From Phycisphaerales bacterium (GTDB lineage Bacteria > Planctomycetota > Phycisphaerae > Phycisphaerales > SM1A02), in assembly GCA_022616475.1 (NCBI GenBank), contig JAKEEP010000056.1, positions 900-64,899 of the forward strand: a DNA stretch of 64,000 nucleotides, in the 5' to 3' direction. Below are positions 53,909 through 64,000 of this stretch, piece after piece (the stretch's first letter is position 1; each line of letters opens with the position of its first letter). The notes below the pieces were generated by a model. The model was not told where the DNA came from. It ran no database searches and worked only from the letters and a program-made list of their open reading frames with translations. Both the position numbers and the translations under genes were made by a program.

Positions 53909-54955
53909 ATGATTACCACACTGTGTGATTGGTTTGGTCGCCATGGGCGCGATCTACCATGGCGCACGCACCGGAACGGATACACGGCGCTAGTTGCTGA
54001 GAGCATGCTCCAGCAGACGCAAGTCTCGCGCGTTGTGGATCGCTACCGAGCATTCATGAGGCGTTTTCCGACGGTTCGAAGCCTGGCCGCTGGGAGTGAG
54101 CGCGAGGTGCTGGTGCTATGGGATGGGCTTGGGTACTACCGCCGTGCCCTGAACCTGCATGCGGCGTCGAAGATGATTGTGAGGGAGTTCGGCGGCCGGG
54201 TTCCCCGGTCGATCGCCGACCTGCGGCGCCTTCCTGGAGTCGGCCGCTACACCGCAGGCGCGATCGCATCGATCGTGTTCGGCGCCCCCGAGCCTATTGT
54301 GGATGGAAATGTGCGCCGCGTCCTGGCGCGTTGGTTCGCTCATCAATCAGATCAGAATAAGAAAGGCGCAAGCAGCTGGACCTGGAGCGCCGCGGCGCGC
54401 TTGGTCAACACAGCGCGCGATCCGGGTGGCTTCAACGAGGCCCTCATGGAGCTTGGGGCCACGATCTGCACGCCAAAATCGCCGCGATGTCATCGCTGTC
54501 CCGTCCGCCGGCTCTGCAGCGCGCGAGCCAAAGGGCTGCAAGAGCTGATTCCGGCGCCAAAGCCCCGGACCACGCCAAAAAAGGCAAATCATCACGCCGT
54601 GATTGTCGTTCGCAGGCCGCAATACCCGAGTCAGTCCAAGATTCTCATCGAACAGCGCGACGGCGGAATGTGGTCCGGCATGTGGCAAGTGCCCACGATT
54701 GAGAGTCATCGTGAACTCAGCGCATCCGAATTGAAACGGAAACTCTCGATCCCAATTGCGTCGCTCGAAGAATGGGGCTGCTTCGAGCACAAGACGACGC
54801 ACCGCCGAATACTCTTCCACATCTATCGGGCGCGCACTCAATCGCGGCGCGGAATTTGGCGGCGCATTAGCGATTTGCGAGATTTGCCAATGAGCGCCGC
54901 GCAGCAGCGCGTCCTACAATCGATGCTCGTGCAGCCCAGAGCCGACCAAGGATGA
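53909..54955 (+). CDS. mutY: A/G-specific adenine DNA glycosylase MutY
   Basis: Contains RDLPWR...YTALVAESMLQQTQVSRV, the helix-hairpin-helix LRRLPGVGRYTAGAIASIVFG, IVDGNVRRVLAR and the 4Fe-4S cluster loop CTPKSPRCHRCPVRRLC. A C-terminal NUDIX-like domain is present. The ORF opens at 53795 and the ATG at 53909 is preferred. Confidence 0.9.
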   Translation: MITTLCDWFGRHGRDLPWRTHRNGYTALVAESMLQQTQVSRVVDRYRAFMRRFPTVRSLAAGSEREVLVLWDGLGYYRRALNLHAASKMIVREFGGRVPRSIADLRRLPGVGRYTAGAIASIVFGAPEPIVDGNVRRVLARWFAHQSDQNKKGASSWTWSAAARLVNTARDPGGFNEALMELGATICTPKSPRCHRCPVRRLCSARAKGLQELIPAPKPRTTPKKANHHAVIVVRRPQYPSQSKILIEQRDGGMWSGMWQVPTIESHRELSASELKRKLSIPIASLEEWGCFEHKTTHRRILFHIYRARTQSRRGIWRRISDLRDLPMSAAQQRVLQSMLVQPRADQG

Positions 54956-55205
54956 CACTCTTGCGCCAATTCAGTTTTCTGGTGCGGCTTGGCGCTCCTT
55001 GCGTTGGCGTGTTATGCGTTCTCCACAGGTTGACGATGGCTCGTTGCCCCCGTCTTTGGGGACTCGATGGGGCGGGGCCACTGAACCCTGGCAGGTATTG
55101 GTCGCTGCGATCGTTCTGTTTTTCGGGAGTGGCGGGTTCTTTAGGATTGCCTGGACCAAGAGCCGTCAGCCACTCGGCTGAGAAAGGCAATGTCGTTGCC
55201 GGCAC

Positions 55206-57536
55206 CTACGCCGAAACCGGCTTGGCCTGCTCCGTCTGCGGCGCTTGCAGTTGATCGCCACCTTCATCGCTGGCGGCCGGGTAGCTGATGCGTGAATGGT
55301 GAATGGTCAGCAGTCGATTGATGATCGCATCTTCAATGAGATTCAATTCGCGGAACGTGAGATTGCACTCGTCGAACTGGCCGTCTTCCAACCGCCTGGC
55401 CGACAGCTTGCGCACAAGGCTGTCGATGCGACTGGGAGTTGGCTCGTCGATGGCGCGGGTGGCCGATTCAACAGCGTCGGAGAGCATCAGAATCGCGGCT
55501 TCCTTGGTCTGTGGCTTGGGACCCGGGTAGCGGTATTCGACCTCCGAGACCGATAGCCCCTGATCGGTCCGCTCGGCTTTGGCCTTGGCGGCGTGATAGA
55601 AGTACTCAACCAGCGTGGTGCCGTGGTGAGATTCAATGAAGTGCTGGATCTGTTTGGGAACGCCGCACTCGCGCGCGAGTTCAATCCCGTTCTTGACGTG
55701 CCCGATGATCACCAGCAAGCTCATGGCGGGGCTGAGCTTGTCGTGACGGTTGTAGCCGCCGGCCTGGTTCTCGACGAAGTACTCGGGCTTGTTGATCTTG
55801 CCAACGTCGTGATAGAGCGCGCCGACGTACACTAGCAAGCTGTCGGCCCCGACCGCCTCCGCCGCGGCTTCAGCGATGTTGGCAACCTGAATGGAGTGCG
55901 TGTAAGTGCCCGGAGCGCGTTGCTGGAGCTGGCGCAACAACGGCCGCTTGGGATCGCGAAGTTCGGCCAGTGTCATGCCGGTGGTGATGTCGAAGATTCG
56001 CTCGATGCTCGGGAGAATGCCCAGAACCAGGAACCCGACCCCATAGCTGGTGAGTCCGGCCGACAGGGCCATGACGATGATCTGGGGCCAGGCGCCTGCC
56101 ACCATGGGGGTTTCGAGCAGGCCCAGCATCAGAGTTCCAAAGGCAAGCACTGCAGCCGTGCCCGTTGCGGCGCGGATGAGGCTGTTGCGGTGCCGCACTT
56201 CGCGCAACTGCGCCACGGCGGTGGCGCAACCGGCCAGGAGCAAGACGAAGAAACCGATGCTCTGCTCGAGTGCGAGCGTCACCAGCATGCACTGGATTCC
56301 GCCCAAAAGCAGGGCCAAGCGCTGATCGTAAGCGACGAGCATGATGACGGCGACAAATAGAGTTGCGCCGACCGCTGAAGGCAGCAGGAAAATAGGCGCA
56401 TACGCGGTGATGAGCACCGCCGCGCCGAGCAATGTGGCCATGAGAATGCACATGGCGCCAATTCGCAGCGGGCTCTGCGTGATGAGGGGGTAGGCGGTTG
56501 CGGCAAAGCTGCCAATGAACAATGTGATGATTGCCAGCAAGCCGATGATGCCGGCACGCTGCTGCCACCGCTCGAGTTCATGTCCGAGCGAAGCGCGGTA
56601 ATGTTTCGCCTCGGTGAGCACCTCGCTGTATTGCTCGGGGCTCAGCCTGTCGCCCTTGCGATAGAGCACTTCGCCCGCCTGGTGCGTGATTTTCACAGGC
56701 TGCTCGGCCAAGGCCGCGCTTTCGGCGAGCTTCGTGGTCTCCTCTTCCCAATAGAGGAACGTCGGTTGACCATCGTTCAGCAACCGCTTGAGAACAACCG
56801 GCACCAGCTGCATGGGGAATCCGGCACGGGCAATCACTTCCTCAAGGCGGGGATCGGGCGGTTGGCCCGGGTCGGTCCGAAGCTCGATCGGCTCGCCAAA
56901 GGGTTGCTGCTGCTTGCCATCGGTCAGCACCAGCGCTTTCTTCAGAGTCGTGATGTAGACCTGATACTCCTGGCTCTTGAGCAGGGGATTGCGCAGAAGC
57001 TGGTCGCGCACCAACCGGCTGACCCAACGCGTCCAATCGGCCGAAGGCTCGCCGTCCACGACAACCGTTTGCAGCGCACGGAGATCGGATTCAGTCAAGG
57101 CGAACTCTTGTTGGAGATCCTTGCTGATTTCATCCAGAAGCATCTTGCCGGCAACCGCGCGCGGCAGCTCTCCCAAGGCGTTGGCCAGACGATTCAGGTG
57201 CGATTCGTTCAGTCGGTAAAGCCGCGGCGAGGATCGCCGAGCCTCCTCCCGCTTCTCGAGGGTCTGCTCCTCGTCGATAACCGTGTACCCCAGGCGGTAA
57301 AGCCGTGTGCTGGTCATGACCTGCCCGTCACGAACCTTGATTTGATCGCGAGACCAGATAACGGCGGTGCTGGCCAGGACCATAAATAGAACCAGGAACA
57401 GCGCGCTGTGAAGGAACTGCGGCTTCTGCACCAGCCCCAGGAAGTCGAAGGACGGGCGGGGGAGCGTTCGGCGCAGCTCTTCACGTCGGCGGGCTGATGT
57501 GGCCGTACCGGTCTTTGGCTTGTTTAACCTGAACAT
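55206..57536 (-). CDS. Multi-pass membrane HD-domain phosphohydrolase (7TM-HD / PgpH-like)
   Basis: N-terminal TM helix plus an extracytoplasmic domain, then a block of about seven hydrophobic helices. The C-terminal HD domain reads HSIQVANIAEAAAEAVGA...VGALYHDVGKINKPEYF...HHGT. Confidence 0.85.
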   Translation of the reverse strand: MFRLNKPKTGTATSARRREELRRTLPRPSFDFLGLVQKPQFLHSALFLVLFMVLASTAVIWSRDQIKVRDGQVMTSTRLYRLGYTVIDEEQTLEKREEARRSSPRLYRLNESHLNRLANALGELPRAVAGKMLLDEISKDLQQEFALTESDLRALQTVVVDGEPSADWTRWVSRLVRDQLLRNPLLKSQEYQVYITTLKKALVLTDGKQQQPFGEPIELRTDPGQPPDPRLEEVIARAGFPMQLVPVVLKRLLNDGQPTFLYWEEETTKLAESAALAEQPVKITHQAGEVLYRKGDRLSPEQYSEVLTEAKHYRASLGHELERWQQRAGIIGLLAIITLFIGSFAATAYPLITQSPLRIGAMCILMATLLGAAVLITAYAPIFLLPSAVGATLFVAVIMLVAYDQRLALLLGGIQCMLVTLALEQSIGFFVLLLAGCATAVAQLREVRHRNSLIRAATGTAAVLAFGTLMLGLLETPMVAGAWPQIIVMALSAGLTSYGVGFLVLGILPSIERIFDITTGMTLAELRDPKRPLLRQLQQRAPGTYTHSIQVANIAEAAAEAVGADSLLVYVGALYHDVGKINKPEYFVENQAGGYNRHDKLSPAMSLLVIIGHVKNGIELARECGVPKQIQHFIESHHGTTLVEYFYHAAKAKAERTDQGLSVSEVEYRYPGPKPQTKEAAILMLSDAVESATRAIDEPTPSRIDSLVRKLSARRLEDGQFDECNLTFRELNLIEDAIINRLLTIHHSRISYPAASDEGGDQLQAPQTEQAKPVSA

Positions 57537-57782
57537 GCGGCCCTATCGATCTCCACTACGCTCTCGGGGCAAGAACGGGCCCAGCCCCCAAAACGATATC
57601 GGCTCGCAGATTTGCGGCATAGAGGCAGGATTACTGGATTGACCCTTCCGGAGGCCCATTGCAGGTAGCTTGGTTCCCAGAATGTCCATATCTTGTAGCC
57701 CGAAGGCCAAGAGGTCATATTAGCGGGGTTGGCAGCGGCAGTCGAGCGTGGGCTGGAACGGCAGAATCCTACCGTGATGCAG

Positions 57783-58754
57783 TCACAACCTCCCAGCTGA
57801 ACCCCTGGCAAGCATCGCGGCCCCAAGCAGCCCGGCATCTTCGCGAAGCGTGGTCAGCAGGAGTCTGCAACGGCCATTGCGTTGGGGGAAGACATGCCTT
57901 TTGAAACTGTCGGTGACTCGCCGCAGGTACGGTTTGCCGAGGTCTTCCGCGACGCCTCCACCGATCACAACTGATCCGAGAGCCAGGATCGTGATCCAGT
58001 TGGCGATGGCGATGCCAAGGAGATCGGCCGCACTGTTGACGACCAGGAGGGCCAGCCGATCGCGGTTTCGACAGGATTCGGCCAGGTCCCTGGAACCGAT
58101 GCCCTTCGCAATCGGCCTGGCGAGTTGATTGAGCATGGATTCTGGATGGCTTGGCAACAGCTCGCGAATGGTCCGGGTCATGCCGGTGCGGCTGCAATAT
58201 TCCTCAACGGTGCGGCGGCCGCGGGGACGATCGGGAAAGACAATCGAGTGTCCGATTTCGCCCGCGGTGAAGAAGTCGCCGTGGTACAACCGGCCGTTGA
58301 GGACCAAACCTCCACCCACGCCGGTGCCGACCCAAACACCCAGCACGTCGCCCCGACCGCGCGCGACACCGAGCTGACTCTCGGCCCACACCGCCGCGTT
58401 GGCATCGTTATCCACGACGATTTTACAGGTGAGTCGTTGGCGCAAAATCGCGCGAAGCGGCACGTTGCGCCACTTGAGGTTGGGGGCTTCCAGGACCACC
58501 CCCTTCGCAATGTCGATGGCGCCAGGAGCCGCGATTCCGATCGCCGTGACTTGTTTCAGATTGATGCCCGCTTGCTCGCAACTGATGTGGATTCCTCCAA
58601 CGATGCGGTCGATGACGGCTTCGACGCCTTCAGACGCGCGGGTCTTGTCTCCGTGACGTCCGACGATTCGATTCCTCGAATCGACGACGCCGATCTGCAT
58701 GTTGGTGCCGCCCAGGTCGATGCCGACGACCAGCCCACGTAAAGCGCTGCGCAT
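57783..58754 (-). CDS. ROK-family sugar kinase (glucokinase-like)
   Basis: Contains VVGIDLGGTNMQIGVVD near the N-terminus and GVWVGTGVGGGLVLNGRLYHGDFFTAGEIGH. No N-terminal HTH extension. The start is 58754 or 58778. Confidence 0.85.
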   Translation of the reverse strand: MRSALRGLVVGIDLGGTNMQIGVVDSRNRIVGRHGDKTRASEGVEAVIDRIVGGIHISCEQAGINLKQVTAIGIAAPGAIDIAKGVVLEAPNLKWRNVPLRAILRQRLTCKIVVDNDANAAVWAESQLGVARGRGDVLGVWVGTGVGGGLVLNGRLYHGDFFTAGEIGHSIVFPDRPRGRRTVEEYCSRTGMTRTIRELLPSHPESMLNQLARPIAKGIGSRDLAESCRNRDRLALLVVNSAADLLGIAIANWITILALGSVVIGGGVAEDLGKPYLRRVTDSFKRHVFPQRNGRCRLLLTTLREDAGLLGAAMLARGSAGRL

Positions 58755-58781
58755 TCTTGCACTGTAGCATCCGCGCACCCG

Positions 58782-60263
58782 CTAGCGAGTAAGCTCAAGC
58801 TCCGGCAATTGGAAATTTAGTTCGGCCCCACGTTCGAACATTCGTGCGACGCGGAACATGGTCAGCTCATCAAACGCTCGGCACTGCAGGTGCAAGCCAA
58901 TTGGGAGTCTCTTCCGATCCTTGATCGCGAAGCCGCATGGAATTGAGATGCCGCAAATTCCTGCAATATTTGTGTTCACCGTGTAGATGTCTGACAGGTA
59001 CATTGACAGCGGATCAGGTTTGGAGCCAAGGGGGAACGCTGGGGTCGGCGAAGTGGGGCCCAGCAGTGCATGGCATCGTGCGAACGCCGCATCGAATTCC
59101 TGCTTGATCAACCGGCGCGCCTGCAACGCGCGCTTGTAGTACGCGTCGTAATACCCCGCGCTGAGAACATACGTGCCCAGCATGATCCGTCGCTGAACCT
59201 CGGGGCCGAAGCCTTCGGCACGGCTCTTGGCATAGAGATCGAAGACATCTTCGCCTTCCCCGAGGTCGGCGCGCCGGCCATAGCGAATGCCGTCGTATCG
59301 CGCCAGGTTGCTGGAGGCTTCCGCCGGAGCGATCACATAATACGTGGCGATGCCGTAGTTGGTGAGTGGAAGGTCAACATCGATGATTGTCGCGCCCAAG
59401 TCTTTGAAGAGCTCGATGGCGTTCTGCACTGCGTCGTTGACTTCAGAATCGTTGCGATCGCTGCAATACTGTCGAGGCACACCGATTCGCAAATCGCCGA
59501 CGGGCTCATCGAGGCGTTCGAGATAGTCGGGAACGGCTGCGTCGCTGGAAGTTGAGTCATGGCGATCGATGCCAGCGATCGCACTCAGAATGGCGGCGGC
59601 ATCGGCCACCGTTCGCGCGAGCGGCCCAATCTGATCGAGGCTGGATCCGAATGCAACCAGACCATAGCGGCTGACCCGGCCGTACGATGGCTTCACTCCG
59701 ACAACGCCGCACATGGAGGCGGGCTGGCGGACTGACCCGCCAGTTTCCGATCCGAGCGCGAGCGGGCACATTCCCGCGGCAACCGCGGCAGCACTTCCTC
59801 CAGATGAGCCTCCGGGAACTCGTGTGACGTCCCACGGATTCCGCACCGGACCGTACGCACAGTTCTCGGTTGATGAGCCCATGGCAAACTCATCGCAGTT
59901 GGTCTTGCCGACGATGATCGCGCCGGCGTTGATCAGTCGGCGAATGGCGGTGGCGCTGAAGGGGCTGCGGTAGTTTTCGAGAATGCGCGAACCGCAGGTG
60001 GTGTGACCGAACTCGGTCACGATGTTGTCCTTGACGGCAATCGGCACGCCTGCAAGCTGGCCGGGGTCCTCGCCGGCCGAGGCGCGCAGGTCAATGCGTC
60101 TGGCCGCTTTCATGGCGAGATCTGCGGTAACCTCGTGGAACGCGTTCAGCGCCGGATTCAGTCGATCGATTCGATCCAGGCACTCTCGCACAACGTGGAC
60201 GGCCATAACCTTACGCTGTCGTATCGCGTCGGAGAGCTCGAGGATTGACTCAAAAGTGAACAC
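58782..60263 (-). CDS. gatA: Glu/Asp-tRNA amidotransferase subunit A
   Basis: Amidase signature GGSSGGSAAAVAAG and KDNIVTEFGHTTCGSRIL. Size is 493 aa. It lies directly downstream of gatC. Confidence 0.9.
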   Translation of the reverse strand: MFTFESILELSDAIRQRKVMAVHVVRECLDRIDRLNPALNAFHEVTADLAMKAARRIDLRASAGEDPGQLAGVPIAVKDNIVTEFGHTTCGSRILENYRSPFSATAIRRLINAGAIIVGKTNCDEFAMGSSTENCAYGPVRNPWDVTRVPGGSSGGSAAAVAAGMCPLALGSETGGSVRQPASMCGVVGVKPSYGRVSRYGLVAFGSSLDQIGPLARTVADAAAILSAIAGIDRHDSTSSDAAVPDYLERLDEPVGDLRIGVPRQYCSDRNDSEVNDAVQNAIELFKDLGATIIDVDLPLTNYGIATYYVIAPAEASSNLARYDGIRYGRRADLGEGEDVFDLYAKSRAEGFGPEVQRRIMLGTYVLSAGYYDAYYKRALQARRLIKQEFDAAFARCHALLGPTSPTPAFPLGSKPDPLSMYLSDIYTVNTNIAGICGISIPCGFAIKDRKRLPIGLHLQCRAFDELTMFRVARMFERGAELNFQLPELELTR

Positions 60264-60283
60264 GATTGGTAACGCCGCGCGAT

Positions 60284-60604
60284 TTACGCGCTCGAATGAT
60301 CATCTAACACCTTGGGCACTGCCAGAAAGCGACCTTCAATGGCCGGCGCGGTTCGATGCAAGTCTTCAATCGGCATGGTCGAAGAGATTTGGTCGTCATC
60401 GAGACGGTTGGACAACTCCGTCGGGTGCGCCAGCGGCTCAACGCCTTCGAGATCCAGTTCGTTGAGCGTGGCGATGTGCTCCAACACGGTTGCCAATTCG
60501 CTTCGATAGCGGCGGATCTGATCGTCGGAAAGCTTGAGCCGACAAAGCTTGGCGACGTGTTGAACTTGCGCGTGAGAGAGTGTTGGTTCGGCGCGTTCGC
60601 TCAT
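60284..60604 (-). CDS. gatC: Glu/Asp-tRNA amidotransferase subunit C
   Basis: Size is ~100 aa. Contains VQHVAKLCRLKLSDDQIRRYRSELATVLEHIATLNELDLEGVEPLAHP, typical of GatC. It lies 20 nt upstream of gatA. Confidence 0.85.
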   Translation of the reverse strand: MSERAEPTLSHAQVQHVAKLCRLKLSDDQIRRYRSELATVLEHIATLNELDLEGVEPLAHPTELSNRLDDDQISSTMPIEDLHRTAPAIEGRFLAVPKVLDDHSSA

Positions 60605-60733
60605 GTTGAACAGGGTATCACGTATGCGGCGACCAGACCCAATCTTGACGTGTCCGCGAGCCAGCGCTGACTCGCGTCATACGGTCGGCTTGCCTACTCT
60701 ATTCACCTCGGTGGCAAGGAACATGCTGCACTG

Positions 60734-62077
60734 ATGGCCGCGCCGCGAAACATGATCGTATCGGTGATCTTCCGGGTAACCGTGTGCATTGCCATCTTGG
60801 CCACGTCGTTGACGGTGTTGTGGTGGCTGGTCAGCACCAAGCCCAAGGCCGGGCCATCGGGTCTTCACGATTCAGCGCCCCGGCTGGCGGTGATGCGCGC
60901 CGCAGCAATCCCAGTTCGCCGGCAGTGGGAGGGGTTTGGAACCGCCCGGGCCCTCGATGCTGCCGATGTTCCGGCCCGAGTAACGTCAACCGTCGTCGAA
61001 AGACCGCCTGAAATCGATCCGGGGGTGTCGGTGAAGGCGGGCCAACTCCTGATTCGCCTGGACGAAAGCGATTTTGCGCGCCAACTCGAAATGGCCACGC
61101 AAACGATCGAAGACATTGACGCCCAATTGGCCCGGCTGGAAGTCGAAGAGCAAAGCTCGCGCCGCCGCGCTGAACTTGCCGCGGAGGATCTGAAGCTGGC
61201 GCAGGCGGAATACGAGCGAGTTCAGCGCGCGGTTGCCAATCAAGCGGCCAATCAGCGCGAGCTCGATCAGGCGCGCCAGGCGCTGAACGCCGCGCAGCGC
61301 TCCGATGTCGCGGCGCAGGAAAACCTGCAGAACTTCATTCCCCGGCGGGCCAGTCTCCGAGCCCAGCGTCTCGCGCAGGAGGCTTCACGACGGCTGGCGG
61401 CACAGAATGTCGAGCGAAGCCGCATTCTCAGCCCCATAGACGGCGTGCTTGCGAATGTGGACGTAGACCTGGGCGAGAGTGTGATGGCAGGACAGCGGAT
61501 CGGACGCGTCGTCAACCTGGAAAGCATTGAGGTACCGCTGCTCTTGCCCGCGTCGGCCAGAAGGGAAGTAGCCATCGGCGATGAGGCTATTCTCGCAAGC
61601 ACAGGCGCCACCGTCGATCGGTGGAAAGCGTCGGTGGTCCGAATCTCGCCGGAGGATGATGAATCGACGCGCACGATGACCACGTATGTGGAGCTGAGGC
61701 AACGGCCCAGCGATGAGCATCTTCTTGCACCGGGTAAATTCGTTCACGGACAGGTCGTGTCCAGACGGCCGCAGGATCGGTGGATGGTGCCCGTGCGCGC
61801 GATCTCCAGCCAGCGCGTCATGCTGATCCAAGACGGCCTGGTGCACGGCCTTCCGGTGGACGTTGAATTCCACGTGCACGCATCGATTCCACAGTCGGGG
61901 CTGCCCGACACGGAGTGGGCGGTGCTTCGAGACTCGTTGCCGGACGAAGCATTGGTCGTGCTCGATGCAACGCGAACGATTGCCGAAGCCAGCCCGGCGA
62001 TTGCGGTCCTGGCCGGCGACCTCGCCTCCAGCGGCGCACGCGCGGCGGATGGACCCTCCGCGAGCACAACGCCATGA
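60734..62077 (+). CDS. RND efflux periplasmic adaptor (membrane fusion protein, HlyD family)
   Basis: N-terminal TM anchor (VIFRVTVCIAILATSLTVLWWLV). Lipoyl/hairpin architecture (VKAGQLLIRLDESDF, then a coiled coil, then ILSPIDGVLANVDVDLGESV). The stop overlaps the start of the RND pump (ATGA). Confidence 0.85.
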   Translation: MAAPRNMIVSVIFRVTVCIAILATSLTVLWWLVSTKPKAGPSGLHDSAPRLAVMRAAAIPVRRQWEGFGTARALDAADVPARVTSTVVERPPEIDPGVSVKAGQLLIRLDESDFARQLEMATQTIEDIDAQLARLEVEEQSSRRRAELAAEDLKLAQAEYERVQRAVANQAANQRELDQARQALNAAQRSDVAAQENLQNFIPRRASLRAQRLAQEASRRLAAQNVERSRILSPIDGVLANVDVDLGESVMAGQRIGRVVNLESIEVPLLLPASARREVAIGDEAILASTGATVDRWKASVVRISPEDDESTRTMTTYVELRQRPSDEHLLAPGKFVHGQVVSRRPQDRWMVPVRAISSQRVMLIQDGLVHGLPVDVEFHVHASIPQSGLPDTEWAVLRDSLPDEALVVLDATRTIAEASPAIAVLAGDLASSGARAADGPSASTTP

Positions 62078-64000
62078 GTCTGCCGCGCTTTGGCGTGACG
62101 CGCCCAGTGCCAGTGCGGTTGATGATGACTGCCGTGTTGGTAGGGGGCATCTACTCGGCGTTTACGATTCGGCGCGAGTTCTTTCCCCAGGTTGATCCTG
62201 AAGGCGCGCGCGTCACCTTGATTTACCCCGGTGCCACCCCGCAGGAAATCGAAGAATCCATGGCGCGCAAGGTCGAGGACGCGCTGGCCGATCTTGAAGA
62301 GGTCGATGAGATCACCACCAGCCTTTCCGAAGGCGGCGGCGGGATCATGGTCGAGTTCCATAGCGGCGTTGACATCGACGAGGGAGTCGAGAAGGTCAAG
62401 CGCGAGATCGATGCCCTGACCGATCTGCCCGACGAAGCCGAAGAGATTCGGATCGCGGAGTTTGAGCCTCAAATCCCAGCGATCATGCTCACGCTCTATG
62501 GCGAAGCTGACGAAGAGGCGATGAAGCAGTCGATCCGGCGAATGGCCGACGACCTGCGCTCCTTGCCGGGCATGGGAAAGATCGTGATCTCCGGGGTGCG
62601 CGAATACGAGCTGCGAGTCGACGTCTCTGAAACCGCCCTTCTTGAGCACGGCCTCAGCTTGCCCCAAGTGAGCGACGCCATTCGCGCATGGATGGAAGAC
62701 GTTCCCGGTGGCCCGGTGCGAGGTCCGATGGGCACCGTGAACGTTCGCACGCTTGGGGTGCAAGAGCGGGCCGAGGCCGTTCGACATATCGTCATCAGCG
62801 CGACCCCAAGCGGCCGGGCCCTGCATGTGGGTGACATCGCTCGAGTGCGCGAGGACTTCGTCGACGATCAAGTCTTCCGACGATTCAATGGCCATCCTTC
62901 GGTCAGCCTGACGGTGTTCAAGGCCGGCGATGAAGACGCGGTCGACATGGCCCAAATGGTGCGCGCGTATGCCGCTGGCCGCCGAGGTGAGCCGTTTGAG
63001 CCTTCGATCATCGAGCGCCTGACCAACTCCAGTCGTGAACAGGCCTGGGAGCTCGGCGCCAACCATCCACAAAAGCTCGTGGGCCAGCTGGCGACGCACT
63101 CGGAATTGGCTCGCCTGATCGAAGGACGATTGGAGCTGCTTTCGGAGAACGCGATCCAGGGAGCATTCCTGATCTTTCTGACCATCTTGTTGGCCCTGAA
63201 CGCGCGAACGGCGTGGTGGGTCATGAGCGGCCTGGTGACCGCTCTCTGCGGCACGTTGATGCTCATGTGGGGATTCGACGTCACGCTGAATCTCCTGACG
63301 ATGTTCGGCCTGCTCATCACGCTGGGCATGTTGGAGGATGACGCGATCGTGGTTTCCGAGAACATCACCGCCCGGTATGAGCGTGGCGATCCGCCGCTCC
63401 CGGGCGCGATCAAAGGCGCCGAGCAGGTGTTCTGGCCGGTCATCGGCACGGTGTTGACGACCATCGTCGCTTTCATTCCGTTGATGTTCGTCAAGGGGCG
63501 CATCGGCGATCTCCTCGGCGCGCTGCCGTGGGTCGTGGCGTTTTCCCTCCTCGTGAGCGTTTTGGAGACCATGATTGTCCTTCCCACTCATATGGCCCAC
63601 TCGCAGCAGAATCGGCTGAAAAAGTCGCCTGGGCGGATCGCCCTGTTCTTCAGGGGCTTGGAAACCTGGCGCGATCGCAAGGTCATCGGCGCCTTCATCG
63701 ACAGGTACGCAGCCTTCCTGCGGCTCTCGATCGCTCACCGCTACATCACAACCGCCACCGCGATCGCCGTATTGATTGTGTGCGTTGGAATGGTCGCCAG
63801 CGGCCGGCCGGAGTTCACGTTCCTGCCCGAATCTGATTCCGAGACGATCATCGTCGATGTGCGCCTGCCGATTGGGGCGTCGATCGCCCAGACCGAAGCC
63901 ATCGCTCGCCGGATCGAGCTTGCGGCTCAGGAACAGCCCGAAACAAAGTCGGTCGGCACCATCGTGGGCCAGCAGTTCAGCCTCGATTCAGGCTTGGTCT
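62073..64000 (+). CDS. RND efflux transporter inner-membrane subunit (AcrB/CzcA family), 3' end outside the window
   Basis: My translation from ATG 62073 is MSLPRFGVTRPVPVRLMMTAVLVGGIYSAFTIRREFFPQVDPEGARVTLIYPGATPQEIEESMARKVED. The frame stays open to the window end and so is absent from the ORF track. The listed 664-aa minus-strand ORF is its antisense shadow. Confidence 0.85.

Noticed and set aside
61744-63738. A 664-aa minus-strand ORF covering the right end of the window.
   Set aside because: The + strand frame starting at ATG 62073 gives a clear AcrB/CzcA-type N-terminus and stays open to the window end. The minus ORF is its antisense shadow and has no recognisable motifs.
1-64000. Searched by eye for CRISPR arrays, IS elements/transposases, integrases, prophage genes and rRNA.
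   Set aside because: None found. The only RNA gene recognised is tRNA-Gly(GCC). The only large nucleotide repeats are those inside tpsA and the 34-nt pair flanking the sulfatase.

Overview
High-GC bacterial chromosomal segment; no taxon can be assigned from sequence alone. No similarity search was run, so all calls rest on motifs read directly from the translations, and most start codons are approximate. About 46 kb (roughly 5.0-51.4 kb) is a complete type VI secretion system (T6SS) cluster, almost entirely on the + strand. Its sheath/baseplate block runs tssA-tssB-tssC-tssC-tagJ-tssE-tssF-tssG-clpV-hcp-vgrG. That order matches the Rhizobium/Agrobacterium imp arrangement. The membrane-complex block (tssK-tssL-tssM-tagF) lies upstream. 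The two blocks are separated by an insert holding a two-partner secretion pair and a group-3 (FliA/SigB-like) sigma factor with a small, tightly coupled upstream ORF. The pair consists of TpsB and a 2,426-aa TpsA that contains nine near-identical 243-nt tandem repeats. Upstream of tssK are uncharacterised genes. The most unusual is a 1,419-aa protein with a degenerate Ser/Thr-kinase-like domain, one TM helix, a long helical spacer and a C-terminal FGE-sulfatase-like domain. No FHA protein or PP2C phosphatase is recognisable. Downstream of vgrG lie a LysM-like/HExxH putative effector and a translationally coupled signal-peptide protein that may be its immunity partner. These are followed by a PAAR protein and a short ORF that looks like a truncated nucleotidyl-cyclase-toxin N-terminus. 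The cluster ends at an arylsulfatase gene bracketed by ~34-nt direct repeats next to tRNA-Gly(GCC). The left flank carries two-component signalling genes. The right flank is housekeeping: mutY, a PgpH-like HD protein, a ROK kinase, gatC-gatA and an RND efflux pair. No CRISPR array, transposase or integrase was seen.
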